Below, in pieces: positions 27,194-36,235 of a stretch of DNA of 64,000 nt. The position numbers were made by a program, and so were the translations under genes. This DNA comes from a virus. The DNA lies in the IMG/VR virus record IMGVR_UViG_3300007513_000005. One strand, 5' to 3'. How positions within the stretch are numbered: position 1 is the stretch's first letter; each line of letters opens with the position of its first letter. Below the pieces are notes generated by a model. That model was not told the origin of the DNA and ran no database searches. It saw only the letters and a list, made by a program, of their open reading frames with translations.

Positions 27194-27671
27194 TAAATAG
27201 ACCCTCTCTTGCCTTTATGCATTCGGCACTTATTTCCATCATGTGGTCGCGCTGACCAAAGATTTGAGTTGGTTCATTTAAAGTCGCGATCTCATAATAA
27301 GTTTCACCATACAAAATAAAATCACCCTCTCTAACAAACAAATTCTGATCCTCTGTCAGTCTGCGTTTATGAAAATGCACTACAATTTTTGACAATCGAT
27401 CTACGCCTAAGTTGGTCGTTTCCGTCTCATACCCTTGCCACTCCACAAGAGCATAGACCATAATTGGATTGAGAAAGGTCTTGTTCATTGCTTCGCCGTA
27501 TATTGGATGAAAATTTGTTTCCTCAATAGACACTGGGTAGTAGACCACCTGTTGCCCAATGACTCTTTCGATAATTTCATCACTAACCTGTTTTACAAGG
27601 TCTCGTTCCTTCTTACCAGTAAAGAGCGGTGGTGGTGGCGCTTCTGGTTGATTCCACTTATTATCTCCCAT
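27180..27671 (-). CDS. Neck protein, gp14-like head closure
   Basis: IGQQVVYYP...YGEAMNKTF...VREGDFILYGETYYEI; position after gp13-like gene. Confidence 0.7.
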   Translation of the reverse strand: MGDNKWNQPEAPPPPLFTGKKERDLVKQVSDEIIERVIGQQVVYYPVSIEETNFHPIYGEAMNKTFLNPIMVYALVEWQGYETETTNLGVDRLSKIVVHFHKRRLTEDQNLFVREGDFILYGETYYEIATLNEPTQIFGQRDHMMEISAECIKAREGLFNGTS

Positions 27672-27677
27672 AGTATA

Positions 27678-28931
27678 TTACCCCACATACACCGAATAGG
27701 GTATTCTCTGCAAGACTTTTTCAGCTGCTTCGACCTCCAGTGCCTCCTTTTCCGCAATCTTTTGATAAGTAAGTTCGGAAAGAGTTGTTTTAAGTTCTTC
27801 TCTGAGAGCGTTCTGTTCTTCTTTGCCCTGTGATACTAAATCAGTTCCGTTGAGGGTTATACTATCACCAGGAATGGGCAATGAAGCAAACTTGGATCTG
27901 ACCTGTCCTAGTGTTTCCTTGGATAGAGCGAGCGCGAATCTCCTGATCCACTGCTTACCAATTGAATTGATAGTGTCATAAGGCAAGTTAGAGAATGGCA
28001 ATGTATTCATGTTATTAACCCCCTCTAGTTCGCCTCGACCATTAGTGTCATCGTCCAAGTTAGATGAGGGGACAGAGAATTCTACCCACATTTTAGTAGG
28101 TCCGCCACCATATGGAATCGGAAACAATCTTATCTTATTGTTCCTAAGTTCATATGACCAATGAGACATTCTAGTGTATATGGCGTCCTCGAATGCAAGT
28201 GCTTGTGCCTTGTTTTGCCATGCTGGTACAAGCTGGAAAGTGGAATCATCCGAGAATTGTCCATAATTGTGAAAATTGCCAATCACATTCAACCCACCGT
28301 AGTACCCATAGAATCTCCACATTGCACTAGGCGTCTTGTAATACACTTTTTTAATCAATATCCTTTTGCCATTAATCTTGCCAGTGTATGGTGCGCCTGA
28401 TTCAGAGGAAATTATGTCCTGTAGATCATAATCTTGCTGCCCTACAGTGACATCAAATGACGCGGAGTATTGTACAGAATCCTTTAATCCTATTTCTGAT
28501 CCAATTTTCTCAGAGACGCGTCTGGAAAAACCATAATCAAATTTAGGATACTTCAAACTACCCGAGGCTGCGCCTGAAGTTAGTTCACCCTTATGATCGA
28601 ATGTCCCTGTTGCATGACCCAAAAAACTAGGCAATGCATTGTTTGCCTGATGTATGTTTATAAGATATGAATACTCAAGTACTGCTTCTTCGTATGCAGC
28701 ATATATGTTTCCATCTGAAAGTTCTATATCCAGCACATCACCGCCAAGTTTCTTATATGTGTGTGCAACCTGGTCGACCGCACCTGAAATAAAGTTTCTA
28801 GAATACAGCACACTACTGTTTAATGAATATATTTTATATGGTAAAGATTTATTCACATTACCATGACTACCAGTCTCTGGCAAGATGCTCTTGCTAGAAG
28901 TGCTAGCTGGTCTTAATGTTGGTAAAGACAT
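27678..28931 (-). CDS. Neck protein, gp13-like head-tail adaptor
   Basis: KLGGDVLDIEL, WIRRFALALSKETLGQVRSKF, ITLNGTDL...GKEEQ..L.EEL are typical of gp13. Confidence 0.8.
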   Translation of the reverse strand: MSLPTLRPASTSSKSILPETGSHGNVNKSLPYKIYSLNSSVLYSRNFISGAVDQVAHTYKKLGGDVLDIELSDGNIYAAYEEAVLEYSYLINIHQANNALPSFLGHATGTFDHKGELTSGAASGSLKYPKFDYGFSRRVSEKIGSEIGLKDSVQYSASFDVTVGQQDYDLQDIISSESGAPYTGKINGKRILIKKVYYKTPSAMWRFYGYYGGLNVIGNFHNYGQFSDDSTFQLVPAWQNKAQALAFEDAIYTRMSHWSYELRNNKIRLFPIPYGGGPTKMWVEFSVPSSNLDDDTNGRGELEGVNNMNTLPFSNLPYDTINSIGKQWIRRFALALSKETLGQVRSKFASLPIPGDSITLNGTDLVSQGKEEQNALREELKTTLSELTYQKIAEKEALEVEAAEKVLQRIPYSVYVG

Positions 28932-28998
28932 TTAATTGGTCCTCCGTGTCTAAGTAATTAGTCTTAAACTTAACAAAACGCTAGGACTTCAAATTTCT

Positions 28999-29364
28999 TT
29001 ACTCTTCAGTCTTCTTTGTAGTTCTTCTTGTAGTTGTTGTTTTTTTTCTTGTTGTGCGCTTCTTTCTGGGTTTTGGCGTCTCAACATCAACAACCTCATC
29101 TTTAACTGGTTCTTCGATTTGGACTACCTGAAGTTCTGGTTCGGGAATCCGTGGAGGTGCTTGGACCTCTTTCTTTTCTTCAACTGGTTCGTTTGTTACA
29201 ACTTGAACCTGCTCTTCTTGCTTGATCTCTTCACTGGTGTTCATGTCAATTTCGATCAATTTGTTCTCAACCTCTCTCTTGTCAAAACCAAGTGCTGATC
29301 GCTTTGCAGCATACTTCTTGGCATATCTTGTCATTGTCATTCTTTTTCTACGTTTACCCATCAT
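28999..29364 (-). CDS. Hypothetical low-complexity protein (basic termini, Glu/Val/Pro core)
   Basis: ORF with AGGAG SD and an upstream CTATTTA motif. Confidence 0.65.
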   Translation of the reverse strand: MMGKRRKRMTMTRYAKKYAAKRSALGFDKREVENKLIEIDMNTSEEIKQEEQVQVVTNEPVEEKKEVQAPPRIPEPELQVVQIEEPVKDEVVDVETPKPRKKRTTRKKTTTTRRTTKKTEE

Positions 29365-29416
29365 TAAACTCCTTTAACTAAAACGATTATAACATAAATA
29401 GGTTTTTAATAAAGAA

Positions 29417-29445
29417 AAACCCCCAACCAAATTGGAAGGGGGTTT
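29417..29445 (-). terminator. Intrinsic terminator
   Basis: AAACCCCC..CCAA/TTGG..GGGGGTTT stem followed by TTCTTT on the minus strand. Confidence 0.65.
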
Positions 29446-29470
29446 GACTTGTAGTAAGGCGAGTTACTTT

Positions 29471-29905
29471 TTACTGGTCAGCAAATGCTGGTGCTGTTTC
29501 GCTAACCACGCCGCCAGACAAGTACCAAAGGGTTCCATCAGAAACACATTCAATTCTTGTGCCTCCTGCTGGGTCATTTAAGGTTAACTTACTGTTACTG
29601 CTGCCGTTTGGTGCAACAGATGCGTTGTCTGCATTTGTATCTAAGTGAACCACGCCGCCCAAAAAGTATCTATCATCTGAACCCGTGTCAATAATCAATT
29701 CATCATCACCTGCCTGTGAGGTTACAATAAATGTAAACACGGTGCCGTTCTCTGGAGCGGAAGGAAGTGTAATTGTACAATCTGCCGCTAGTGCAATTGC
29801 ATAAATCTCTCCACTTTCTGCAAGTGTTAAAGTCTTGCTCGTTGCTGTAATCTTTTCTAGTCTTCTTCTAGAAGCATCATATGCTGCTCTACCTACTTTT
29901 GCCAT
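29471..29905 (-). CDS. Probable capsid decoration/virion protein (144 aa)
   Basis: Beta-rich (TITLPSAPENGTVFTFI, IECVSDGTLWY); directly after MCP with its own motif, SD and terminator. Confidence 0.5.
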   Translation of the reverse strand: MAKVGRAAYDASRRRLEKITATSKTLTLAESGEIYAIALAADCTITLPSAPENGTVFTFIVTSQAGDDELIIDTGSDDRYFLGGVVHLDTNADNASVAPNGSSNSKLTLNDPAGGTRIECVSDGTLWYLSGGVVSETAPAFADQ

Positions 29906-29957
29906 TTTATAAATCTCCTTTTAATTAATAAAGGCTATCGCCTTACCTTTTATATTA

Positions 29958-29964
29958 TAAATAG
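29958..29964 (-). promoter_or_regulatory. Candidate late-promoter motif CTA(T/A)TTA (representative instance)
   Basis: The same motif occurs upstream of starts at 12918, 14690, 17888, 24648, 25133, 27194, 28955, 29395, 32934 and 51866. Confidence 0.5.
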
Positions 29965-29994
29965 TTTAAACTAAACCAAACTCACACAAAAAAA

Positions 29995-30022
29995 CGCCCT
30001 ACCACAATATTATGGTAGGGCG
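29995..30022 (-). terminator. Intrinsic terminator after major capsid gene
   Basis: 10-bp stem CGCCCTACCA/TGGTAGGGCG followed by TTTTTTTG on the minus strand. Confidence 0.85.
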
Positions 30023-30047
30023 AATCTTTTAGTTGTCGGACACTTTA

Positions 30048-31799
30048 TTAAGCGCCTGCCTCACCAAGGAGACCTCTTACGACAACAAGACCATACATAT
30101 CTGGTCTAACCATCTTCTTAGCGTAACGGGTCATGACACCCTTACGTGGTACGAAGTCTTCCGTACCGAAAATGGTAGGTGTTACCTGGAGTGGTACATA
30201 TGGAGCGTACACATAACCGCTTTCAAGGAAAGAGTTACCTCTACGACCTACAAGAAGAATGTTTCTTGGGAAGTATGGATCAACCATAACATCAAACTTC
30301 TTGCTCAATGAACCAGTCTTAACAGCACCAATGTCACCACGGTCAGCGTCTGCCGTAACAGATGCGCGGAAACCGCTTGTGAACTCAAGGATGTTAGCAA
30401 CCTCTGGACCACAAACAACAAAGTTTGCGCCACCACGAAGTGTCTTTCTGTGGATCTGAGCGCTCACGTCATTGATTGTCTCAATGAGAGTCTCATACCA
30501 CTCGCTAACAGTACCTGTGAAGTCAGGTGAAGCACTGGTTGCACCAAGTTCACTGCCGTTGCTATCAACGAAAAGACCTGGAGCGCGTGACCAGTAGCGT
30601 GTACCTGCCTTAGCACCCTGGATCAAGTCAGAGAGAATCTCCTGGTCGATTTCAAGAGCAATTTGCTCAGAAAGAATACCAGTTAATTCAACCTCTGCGT
30701 CAAGGTTGTGATAAGCATTGAGGTCCTGACCTAATTCAGGAGTCCACTTTGCCTTCAACTTCTTTGTAGCAGCTGTGACCGCTACGCTGTCGACCTTGAT
30801 GTCGATTTCTGGGATGTTTCTTGGGTTGCTATTGTTAACTGTTGATCCACCTGTGGTATCACGACCAGCACCTTCAAGCTCCCACGGCTCTCCACCAACG
30901 ACTGAACCAAGTCCGCCGCCAGCTGAAAGCGTATCTGCTATCGGGAACGCTAGAGATGCATCATCTCTGGTAGGCGCGAACACGTCCGAAGCATGTCCGG
31001 TGAAAGTCAAAAGCAAGACCTCCTGGCTAGCACCTGTACCACCAGAGCCGGTGATTCTCGTCAAACGGCGGACCAGCTTTGCATGTCCGTAGTTTCCAGA
31101 ACCGTTAGATGCCGAAATTGCCGAAGCATTGACCGCACCAGATGGGAAAGTAGTCGGCAAGTGATTTCTATAAATAGAAACAACCGAAACTACGTCGGTG
31201 CCCGAAAGAAGATCAGGATCCCAGCGAATCAACTTCTTCTGTGCGGCAGTCATTGACGAAGGCGCTACGTTAGTAAGCCCCGTGCTCATGACCTTTGCCT
31301 GGCTCTGTGAACCAGTTGCGCTAGTGTAACCATTCGCCAGGTCATAAAAACCACCTGCTCCAACGCCCGTAGCAGGATTAAGATCAACACCGTCAATCAA
31401 CCCCTTCGCTACAACGTTACCACCATAGATAGATTGTCCTGCTAGACCGCGAAGGCGATCATCAGTCATTGTAAAGTCCAAGAAGAAGATAAGTCCACTT
31501 GGAAGACTCATTGGCTGCACGCTAACGAGTTCATTTGCAATCAACCCACCGAATACACGACGGACGATTGGGAAAGCAACTGATGCGAAACCTTCAACAT
31601 CACCTGCTGCCATTGAGGACGCTTCACGAAGAAGCTCCTTTGCTTGGTTCTCAAGGAGAACCGCCATACCATTCTTGGATTGCTCATCAGTAATACCTTC
31701 TAAGAGACCAGTCTTTTCCCACTTCGCAAGAAGTGCTTGACCTTCCTTAGACACGTCACGTCGAACAATACCTTCAGTTAATTTTTCTAATACAGACAT
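30048..31799 (-). CDS. Major capsid protein (T4 gp23-like) with an internal insertion
   Basis: VRRVFGGLIANELVSVQPMSLPSGLIFFLDF, KLKAKWTPELGQDLNAYHNLDAE, EQIALEIDQEI, YAPYVPLQ, KGVMTRYA. Confidence 0.95.
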   Translation of the reverse strand: MSVLEKLTEGIVRRDVSKEGQALLAKWEKTGLLEGITDEQSKNGMAVLLENQAKELLREASSMAAGDVEGFASVAFPIVRRVFGGLIANELVSVQPMSLPSGLIFFLDFTMTDDRLRGLAGQSIYGGNVVAKGLIDGVDLNPATGVGAGGFYDLANGYTSATGSQSQAKVMSTGLTNVAPSSMTAAQKKLIRWDPDLLSGTDVVSVVSIYRNHLPTTFPSGAVNASAISASNGSGNYGHAKLVRRLTRITGSGGTGASQEVLLLTFTGHASDVFAPTRDDASLAFPIADTLSAGGGLGSVVGGEPWELEGAGRDTTGGSTVNNSNPRNIPEIDIKVDSVAVTAATKKLKAKWTPELGQDLNAYHNLDAEVELTGILSEQIALEIDQEILSDLIQGAKAGTRYWSRAPGLFVDSNGSELGATSASPDFTGTVSEWYETLIETINDVSAQIHRKTLRGGANFVVCGPEVANILEFTSGFRASVTADADRGDIGAVKTGSLSKKFDVMVDPYFPRNILLVGRRGNSFLESGYVYAPYVPLQVTPTIFGTEDFVPRKGVMTRYAKKMVRPDMYGLVVVRGLLGEAGA

Positions 31800-31820
31800 T
31801 GTATTGTAACCTCCTAATAT

Positions 31821-32900
31821 TTAATTGTCTTTATTAATACCAGCTAATCGCTGCATTCTTTCAGCAAAAATATCTGCTGAAGTAGCTCGTTTCTCTTCAC
31901 GAGAACGAACCAGTAAGCTAGATCTTCTATTGTTAACTGCCTCACTCAGCGATTCTGGACTCTTCTTTTGACTAGTCTCCACTGTGTTTTGAAGGGTTTC
32001 ATAGATAACCTTTGCTTGTTTTGCATCTTCGGCCTTAGCGATTGCTTCAACAATACTCTTTTTCTGTCGCTCATTCAGGGAGCCACAATCCAAAGTCCGA
32101 TTGATATAAAGTAACTTTGCGTTTGATGTATTAACAGCATCAAACTTTTCTTTTATTTGTGAGACAACAGACTTATGAGCATTAATCTCGTCTGTTTTCA
32201 TCTCATTTTCTTTAATTAAATCTTTATTTTGTTTATTGAGATTCTTGTTGGATTCTTCCAACTTACCAAGTGCTGCCTTGAGTGCCTCAAGTTGCTCCTT
32301 GATATCGTCATCTTGTAATCTGGCAAGTTCTTGCTCAACTGCAAGATCCAACTCTTCATTGGAAGTCCCCATCCATCCACTCTTTTGTGGCTTGATGTCA
32401 ACCTTAAGAGATTCCATGATCTCATCAACGAATAATTCTTCCATCTCTTCTTCTAATTGAGTGAGTGTTTCGGTCGCAAGAGAACTTGCGTCAGCAGAAG
32501 CTTGAATTTCATCAGACATACCAGCAGCAAGATCATCATGATCTACCTTATCTGCTTGAAGTACATCCGTTGCTTCAATTCCCTCTTCGTCTTCAATTTC
32601 TTTAATTCTTTTTTCGATCGCGTCAAGATCTAACTCGACCTGACCCGACTCAGATGAGGGGATATCATCCATTGCCTCTTCATCAGACTTTGCAGATACA
32701 GTATCGTCAGACCCCTCATCGCTAGATGGTTCAAGATCTAACCCTAAGTCCATCTCTTCTTCCTCTTGCTCAAGAAGAGATGACACGGCATCCTTAATTT
32801 GTTCTGAATACTTTTCAATTACCATTTGTTCTGCATTTTTGAGCGCAGCGGATTTAAGCGCCTTGGCGTCAATGATTGCTTGTTCTAGAAGTGATGACAT
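31821..32900 (-). CDS. Prohead core scaffolding protein (gp22-like)
   Basis: Acidic coiled coil, NAKLLYIN, RMQRLAGI C-terminus, directly before MCP. Start moved to MSSLLEQ (ATG 32900). Confidence 0.75.
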   Translation of the reverse strand: MSSLLEQAIIDAKALKSAALKNAEQMVIEKYSEQIKDAVSSLLEQEEEEMDLGLDLEPSSDEGSDDTVSAKSDEEAMDDIPSSESGQVELDLDAIEKRIKEIEDEEGIEATDVLQADKVDHDDLAAGMSDEIQASADASSLATETLTQLEEEMEELFVDEIMESLKVDIKPQKSGWMGTSNEELDLAVEQELARLQDDDIKEQLEALKAALGKLEESNKNLNKQNKDLIKENEMKTDEINAHKSVVSQIKEKFDAVNTSNAKLLYINRTLDCGSLNERQKKSIVEAIAKAEDAKQAKVIYETLQNTVETSQKKSPESLSEAVNNRRSSLLVRSREEKRATSADIFAERMQRLAGINKDN

Positions 32901-32997
32901 AGTTTGCCCCTTATATAAAAATATGTTCAATAATAAATAGTTGAAGTGTTCTCTAAACACCTGAAATTTATTATACTACAATGTAGGAGTGTTTTTT

Positions 32998-33582
32998 TTA
33001 ATTTGCTACTGGGTTCGTTCTTAGGGAGGATAACCCTGGTATGGTCATCCTGAGAGGGGTGTACCCAGATGGGTTTATGCCCCCAGAGAAAGCGATAGTT
33101 GGCATACCATGTATGTTGGAAGTTATGATCTCGTGTCCAGCGGTGCCGATGGGTCCAGTCTTTGTTATGGTTATTGTCGCGCCATCCCTAGTAGCGGAAA
33201 TAGTATGGTCGGACTCCGAAGCACCACCATTGATGGCGGTTGTTAAAACTGTTGCTAAGTGAGTAGAGTTTGTGGCGTCGGATGTGCATACTGTGACAAT
33301 TCCACTAGAGGGTCCAGTTCCGTCGGTGGCGGACATGTTGGCAGAATCGTTAATTCGATACTCTACAGTTCCAGTACCTGCCGAAGTTCGAACATTATTA
33401 ATTGTTAAGTGCTGATTAGTTGCAAGTTGCGATATGTCTGTGACATTTACAGTGAATGTTACCTTAGATCCTGTGCCGCCGACATTACCAGCAGGAGTGT
33501 TGTTGACCACTAGAGGATCTTCTTGTAGATCTCTTATGTTATCAATCACAAAATCAGGTCTTATGGTGTGCTTTCTCTTCAT
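32998..33582 (-). CDS. Hypothetical virion protein (Thr/Gly-rich, beta-rich)
   Basis: Start moved to MKRKHT (ATG 33582), 2 nt after the upstream stop. Confidence 0.55.
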   Translation of the reverse strand: MKRKHTIRPDFVIDNIRDLQEDPLVVNNTPAGNVGGTGSKVTFTVNVTDISQLATNQHLTINNVRTSAGTGTVEYRINDSANMSATDGTGPSSGIVTVCTSDATNSTHLATVLTTAINGGASESDHTISATRDGATITITKTGPIGTAGHEIITSNIHGMPTIAFSGGINPSGYTPLRMTIPGLSSLRTNPVAN

Positions 33583-33584
33583 GG

Positions 33585-34004
33585 TTAGAATGTGGAACAG
33601 GCAGCATATACTGCATCGGGTGCATCTCCCCAAGTGCCAGCATCTCTTACGAACGCAACACGATCAACACCATTTATTTCAATCTTATAAGTTGTGGGGA
33701 CTGTAACAGCATCACAATCAACTGTCTGCGAGTACGACCAAATACCTGTTGCGTGCATATAAAACCACAATTCAATATCCCGATCGGGAGCGCCAGCGTC
33801 AGCGGGATCTACGGTCAGAAACAAGTATCTTTGATTTTCTGTCACATACCCAGTAGTACCGTCCCTAGCGGCGGTTCCTGTTGAAATGCCTGTTGTAACT
33901 GGAAGGGCGTTGTGTGCCAACACTACTATCGCTGTACCATTGGCGCCTGCTAAATTTTTGGGTCCTCTTGTTCTGCCCCAACTTGTATTCTTAAAAGTAC
34001 TCAT
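33585..34004 (-). CDS. Hypothetical virion protein (139 aa)
   Basis: ORF with GGAG SD in the head cluster. Confidence 0.6.
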   Translation of the reverse strand: MSTFKNTSWGRTRGPKNLAGANGTAIVVLAHNALPVTTGISTGTAARDGTTGYVTENQRYLFLTVDPADAGAPDRDIELWFYMHATGIWSYSQTVDCDAVTVPTTYKIEINGVDRVAFVRDAGTWGDAPDAVYAACSTF

Positions 34005-34026
34005 TTTAAATCTCCATTAATAAATA

Positions 34027-34251
34027 TCAATCTTTAAACTTTTCATTAAATTTTCTAGTTGATTCTTGAGAAAGTTTCTTCTTTCTCTCCTTCTTCAACT
34101 TTCTAATTTCAGACTTTGGAGTGAATTGCATTCGTTTTCTTACCTTGTCGATCAACCCTTCCTTCTTTGTCTTCTTAACGAATCTTCTGATCATTCTCAT
34201 CTGATCTTCGTTGTGCCTTGGTCTTACATCAAAATTAACTGCTTTAGCCAT
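34027..34251 (-). CDS. rpsU: Phage-encoded ribosomal protein bS21 homologue
   Basis: 74 aa, very basic; VRPRHNEDQMRMIRRFVKKTKKEGLIDKVRKRMQFTPKSEIRKLKK matches the bS21 pattern (xLRRFKR...G...E.RKR..Y.KPS..RK.K). Confidence 0.75.
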   Translation of the reverse strand: MAKAVNFDVRPRHNEDQMRMIRRFVKKTKKEGLIDKVRKRMQFTPKSEIRKLKKERKKKLSQESTRKFNEKFKD

Positions 34252-34261
34252 TATAAATCCT

Positions 34262-34684
34262 TTATTTTAGTGCGTCCCACTTTTTGCCAAAGGCGCCAAG
34301 TAGTCCGTCAATGTCAACTCCCTTATCACTAGGGTCCATATTCGCAAGAGGAGAATGAGAGGGCGTAGTGCCACCAGCTGATGACAATGGCGTCGTACCC
34401 TCAAAAACATTCACTCCACCATAGGCATCCTTACCAATCGCTTCAAGCATTTGATTCTTGGATTCCTGTAGTCTTTTTGAAACTTGCGCTGTTCTATCGT
34501 CAGAAGTGCGAGCAGAAGATCTTTCGGGCGTTTTGTTTTCTACTATCGGTTGTTGTCCCATACCTGAAAAGATCTCGGCAACCAATGTCGATAACACACC
34601 TTCTTCAAAAATTGCCTCTTTTATGCAATCCATCACAAGCGGTTTCAATACTTTCTTTAACTTATTTAATTCTTGTTCTTTCAT
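34262..34684 (-). CDS. Hypothetical head-cluster protein (140 aa)
   Basis: Overlaps the protease stop (ATGA). Confidence 0.65.
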   Translation of the reverse strand: MKEQELNKLKKVLKPLVMDCIKEAIFEEGVLSTLVAEIFSGMGQQPIVENKTPERSSARTSDDRTAQVSKRLQESKNQMLEAIGKDAYGGVNVFEGTTPLSSAGGTTPSHSPLANMDPSDKGVDIDGLLGAFGKKWDALK

Positions 34685-35286
34685 TTGTTCCTCAAAATAT
34701 CATTCATTATACTATTAATTCTATCTTCTTTTGTTAGCGGCCTGCTCATATCTCTGGATTCGTGCACCTGAGACATGATCGCACCTGGTGTAGATGGGTC
34801 CGAAACCATGTCGAAACATATCAACTGAAAGTCATCTTCAACTAAAGTAATACCGTTTCGCTCTGTAACAGATCCCATGCCTCTAGACGATATACCACAA
34901 GGAATATTACACTCTACAAGATTCTTGAGTATTTGTCCCGCTGGTGTTGGTAATACTTCAATTTTACCCATTACCTTGTTTTCATCCATCCAAATCTCAG
35001 TCACTAGATGTGAGGCATTTTGCAAGTTAATGACAGACGACTCTGGATGGTCCAGTTCACCCAATGCTCTACGTTGTTCTACTAGTTTACTATATCTGGA
35101 GACTTCTCTTTCCAAAAGAGCATGAGGATACATCCTGCCGTTGGCGTTCTTGGTTTCAGACATTTGCATGACACCTGTAAGGATTGTCACCTTACCTTCA
35201 GCAACTCTTCTTTTCTCATCTTCGGTGAGCAGGTCCTGACAGACACCACCCTCACATAATTCAAAATACTCTCTTAATAGTTTCAT
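34681..35286 (-). CDS. Prohead core protease (T4 gp21/U9 family)
   Basis: NANGRMYP, ALGELDHP, ASHLV, GISSRGMGS, FDMVSDPSTPGA. Likely start is ATG 35286 behind GAGGAAGG (alternative 35298). Confidence 0.9.
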   Translation of the reverse strand: MKLLREYFELCEGGVCQDLLTEDEKRRVAEGKVTILTGVMQMSETKNANGRMYPHALLEREVSRYSKLVEQRRALGELDHPESSVINLQNASHLVTEIWMDENKVMGKIEVLPTPAGQILKNLVECNIPCGISSRGMGSVTERNGITLVEDDFQLICFDMVSDPSTPGAIMSQVHESRDMSRPLTKEDRINSIMNDILRNK

Positions 35287-35299
35287 AACCTTCCTCATT

Positions 35300-35314
35300 G
35301 CGGGGGTCACCCGC
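35300..35314 (-). promoter_or_regulatory. GC hairpin GCGGG-TGACC-CCCGC between the micro-ORF stop and the protease RBS
   Basis: 5-bp all-GC stem read directly in an AT-rich context. Confidence 0.45.
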
Positions 35315-35319
35315 GTCAG

Positions 35320-35370
35320 TTACTTACCGCTGCAACAACGTCTAACTCTCTGTATCATCCAACGTTTCAT
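35320..35370 (-). CDS. 16-aa micro-ORF MKRWMIQRVRRCCSGK
   Basis: Not in the ORF track. GAGGAG SD 5 nt upstream, ATG 2 nt after the upstream TAG, same frame as the protease. Confidence 0.55.
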   Translation of the reverse strand: MKRWMIQRVRRCCSGK

Positions 35371-35372
35371 AA

Positions 35373-35672
35373 CTACTCCTCACAATTGTGCTTTATTTGA
35401 ATTCCATCATCCCCAACGATCATGCTACCATAATAACACACGATTGAAGAATAACATCCCAAAATAAAAGCAGTGACCACAGAATGATCAAATATAAATA
35501 GTTCTGTAAACGGACTTAACGCCCACAAAAACACACCTGTCCAAAACCCAGTACACATAGGGCACTTGAGGAGATCCCCAAACCACCCCGTAGTGGGTCT
35601 AATTTTGTTAAATATTTTTCCATAGACAAGGATTTGGGTCATACCAATGCAGGCAATCGTGTAGGTAAACAT
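35373..35672 (-). CDS. Small membrane protein with CPMC motif (DUF1360-like)
   Basis: Three hydrophobic segments; LLKCPMCTGFWTG. Confidence 0.6.
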   Translation of the reverse strand: MFTYTIACIGMTQILVYGKIFNKIRPTTGWFGDLLKCPMCTGFWTGVFLWALSPFTELFIFDHSVVTAFILGCYSSIVCYYGSMIVGDDGIQIKHNCEE

Positions 35673-36235
35673 TACTTCTCCAAGATTTCCCTCAAAATCG
35701 AATACATATACTGATATCCATACGGGCGGACTTGATGGTCAGCTGATCCTTTCTTTTCCCTGTGAGGGACCTCACCGAGTTCTGTAGAGTCTTCATCCTT
35801 TGGATCAAGAAAGAAGTTCTGTAGAGTATCTTTGTATATCTCTCTCGACTTAATGTTTGGTTCCTCCTCTTGAAGGAAGTTAAACACCTCTAACAAAGTT
35901 AACTGAAACGGGGAAATGTCCTCGTCTGGAGATTCCAAAATTTCTGCTTCCAACGATGAAAAAACAGCACCAGAGCGGATCGTTGAGCGATCAAGCACCC
36001 CATTCTTAGCGAGCAATTTCAATAATGCTTCTTGAGTATGATAAGTCTCCTCTGAAATGACTTCCTTTGGGAATGTGGAGATTTTTAATTTCTCGCGTGA
36101 AACAACAATATCAATTAGGTCGTGATCAAATATCATAAGATCACCATTCACTGCCTTGCGAGCCTCTGCAAAAGAGATCTGCTTTACAGTAGGTTCTTGA
36201 TCCTTGGTACCCCTAATTATGTTGATTTTAAGCAT
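35672..36235 (-). CDS. Hypothetical head-cluster protein (187 aa)
   Basis: ORF overlapping both neighbours. Confidence 0.7.
   Translation of the reverse strand: MLKINIIRGTKDQEPTVKQISFAEARKAVNGDLMIFDHDLIDIVVSREKLKISTFPKEVISEETYHTQEALLKLLAKNGVLDRSTIRSGAVFSSLEAEILESPDEDISPFQLTLLEVFNFLQEEEPNIKSREIYKDTLQNFFLDPKDEDSTELGEVPHREKKGSADHQVRPYGYQYMYSILREILEK

Noticed and set aside
32900-32998. Plus-strand TATACT...AGGAG-GTG followed by T8 as a small antisense gene or terminator
   Set aside because: The ORF is only 11 codons, the -35 spacing is wrong, and the CTACA-A-TGTAG stem is too weak to call.
35300-35322. Selenocysteine/SECIS reading of the stop-plus-hairpin
   Set aside because: The in-frame stop is TAA, not TGA, and the stem is too short for a bacterial SECIS.
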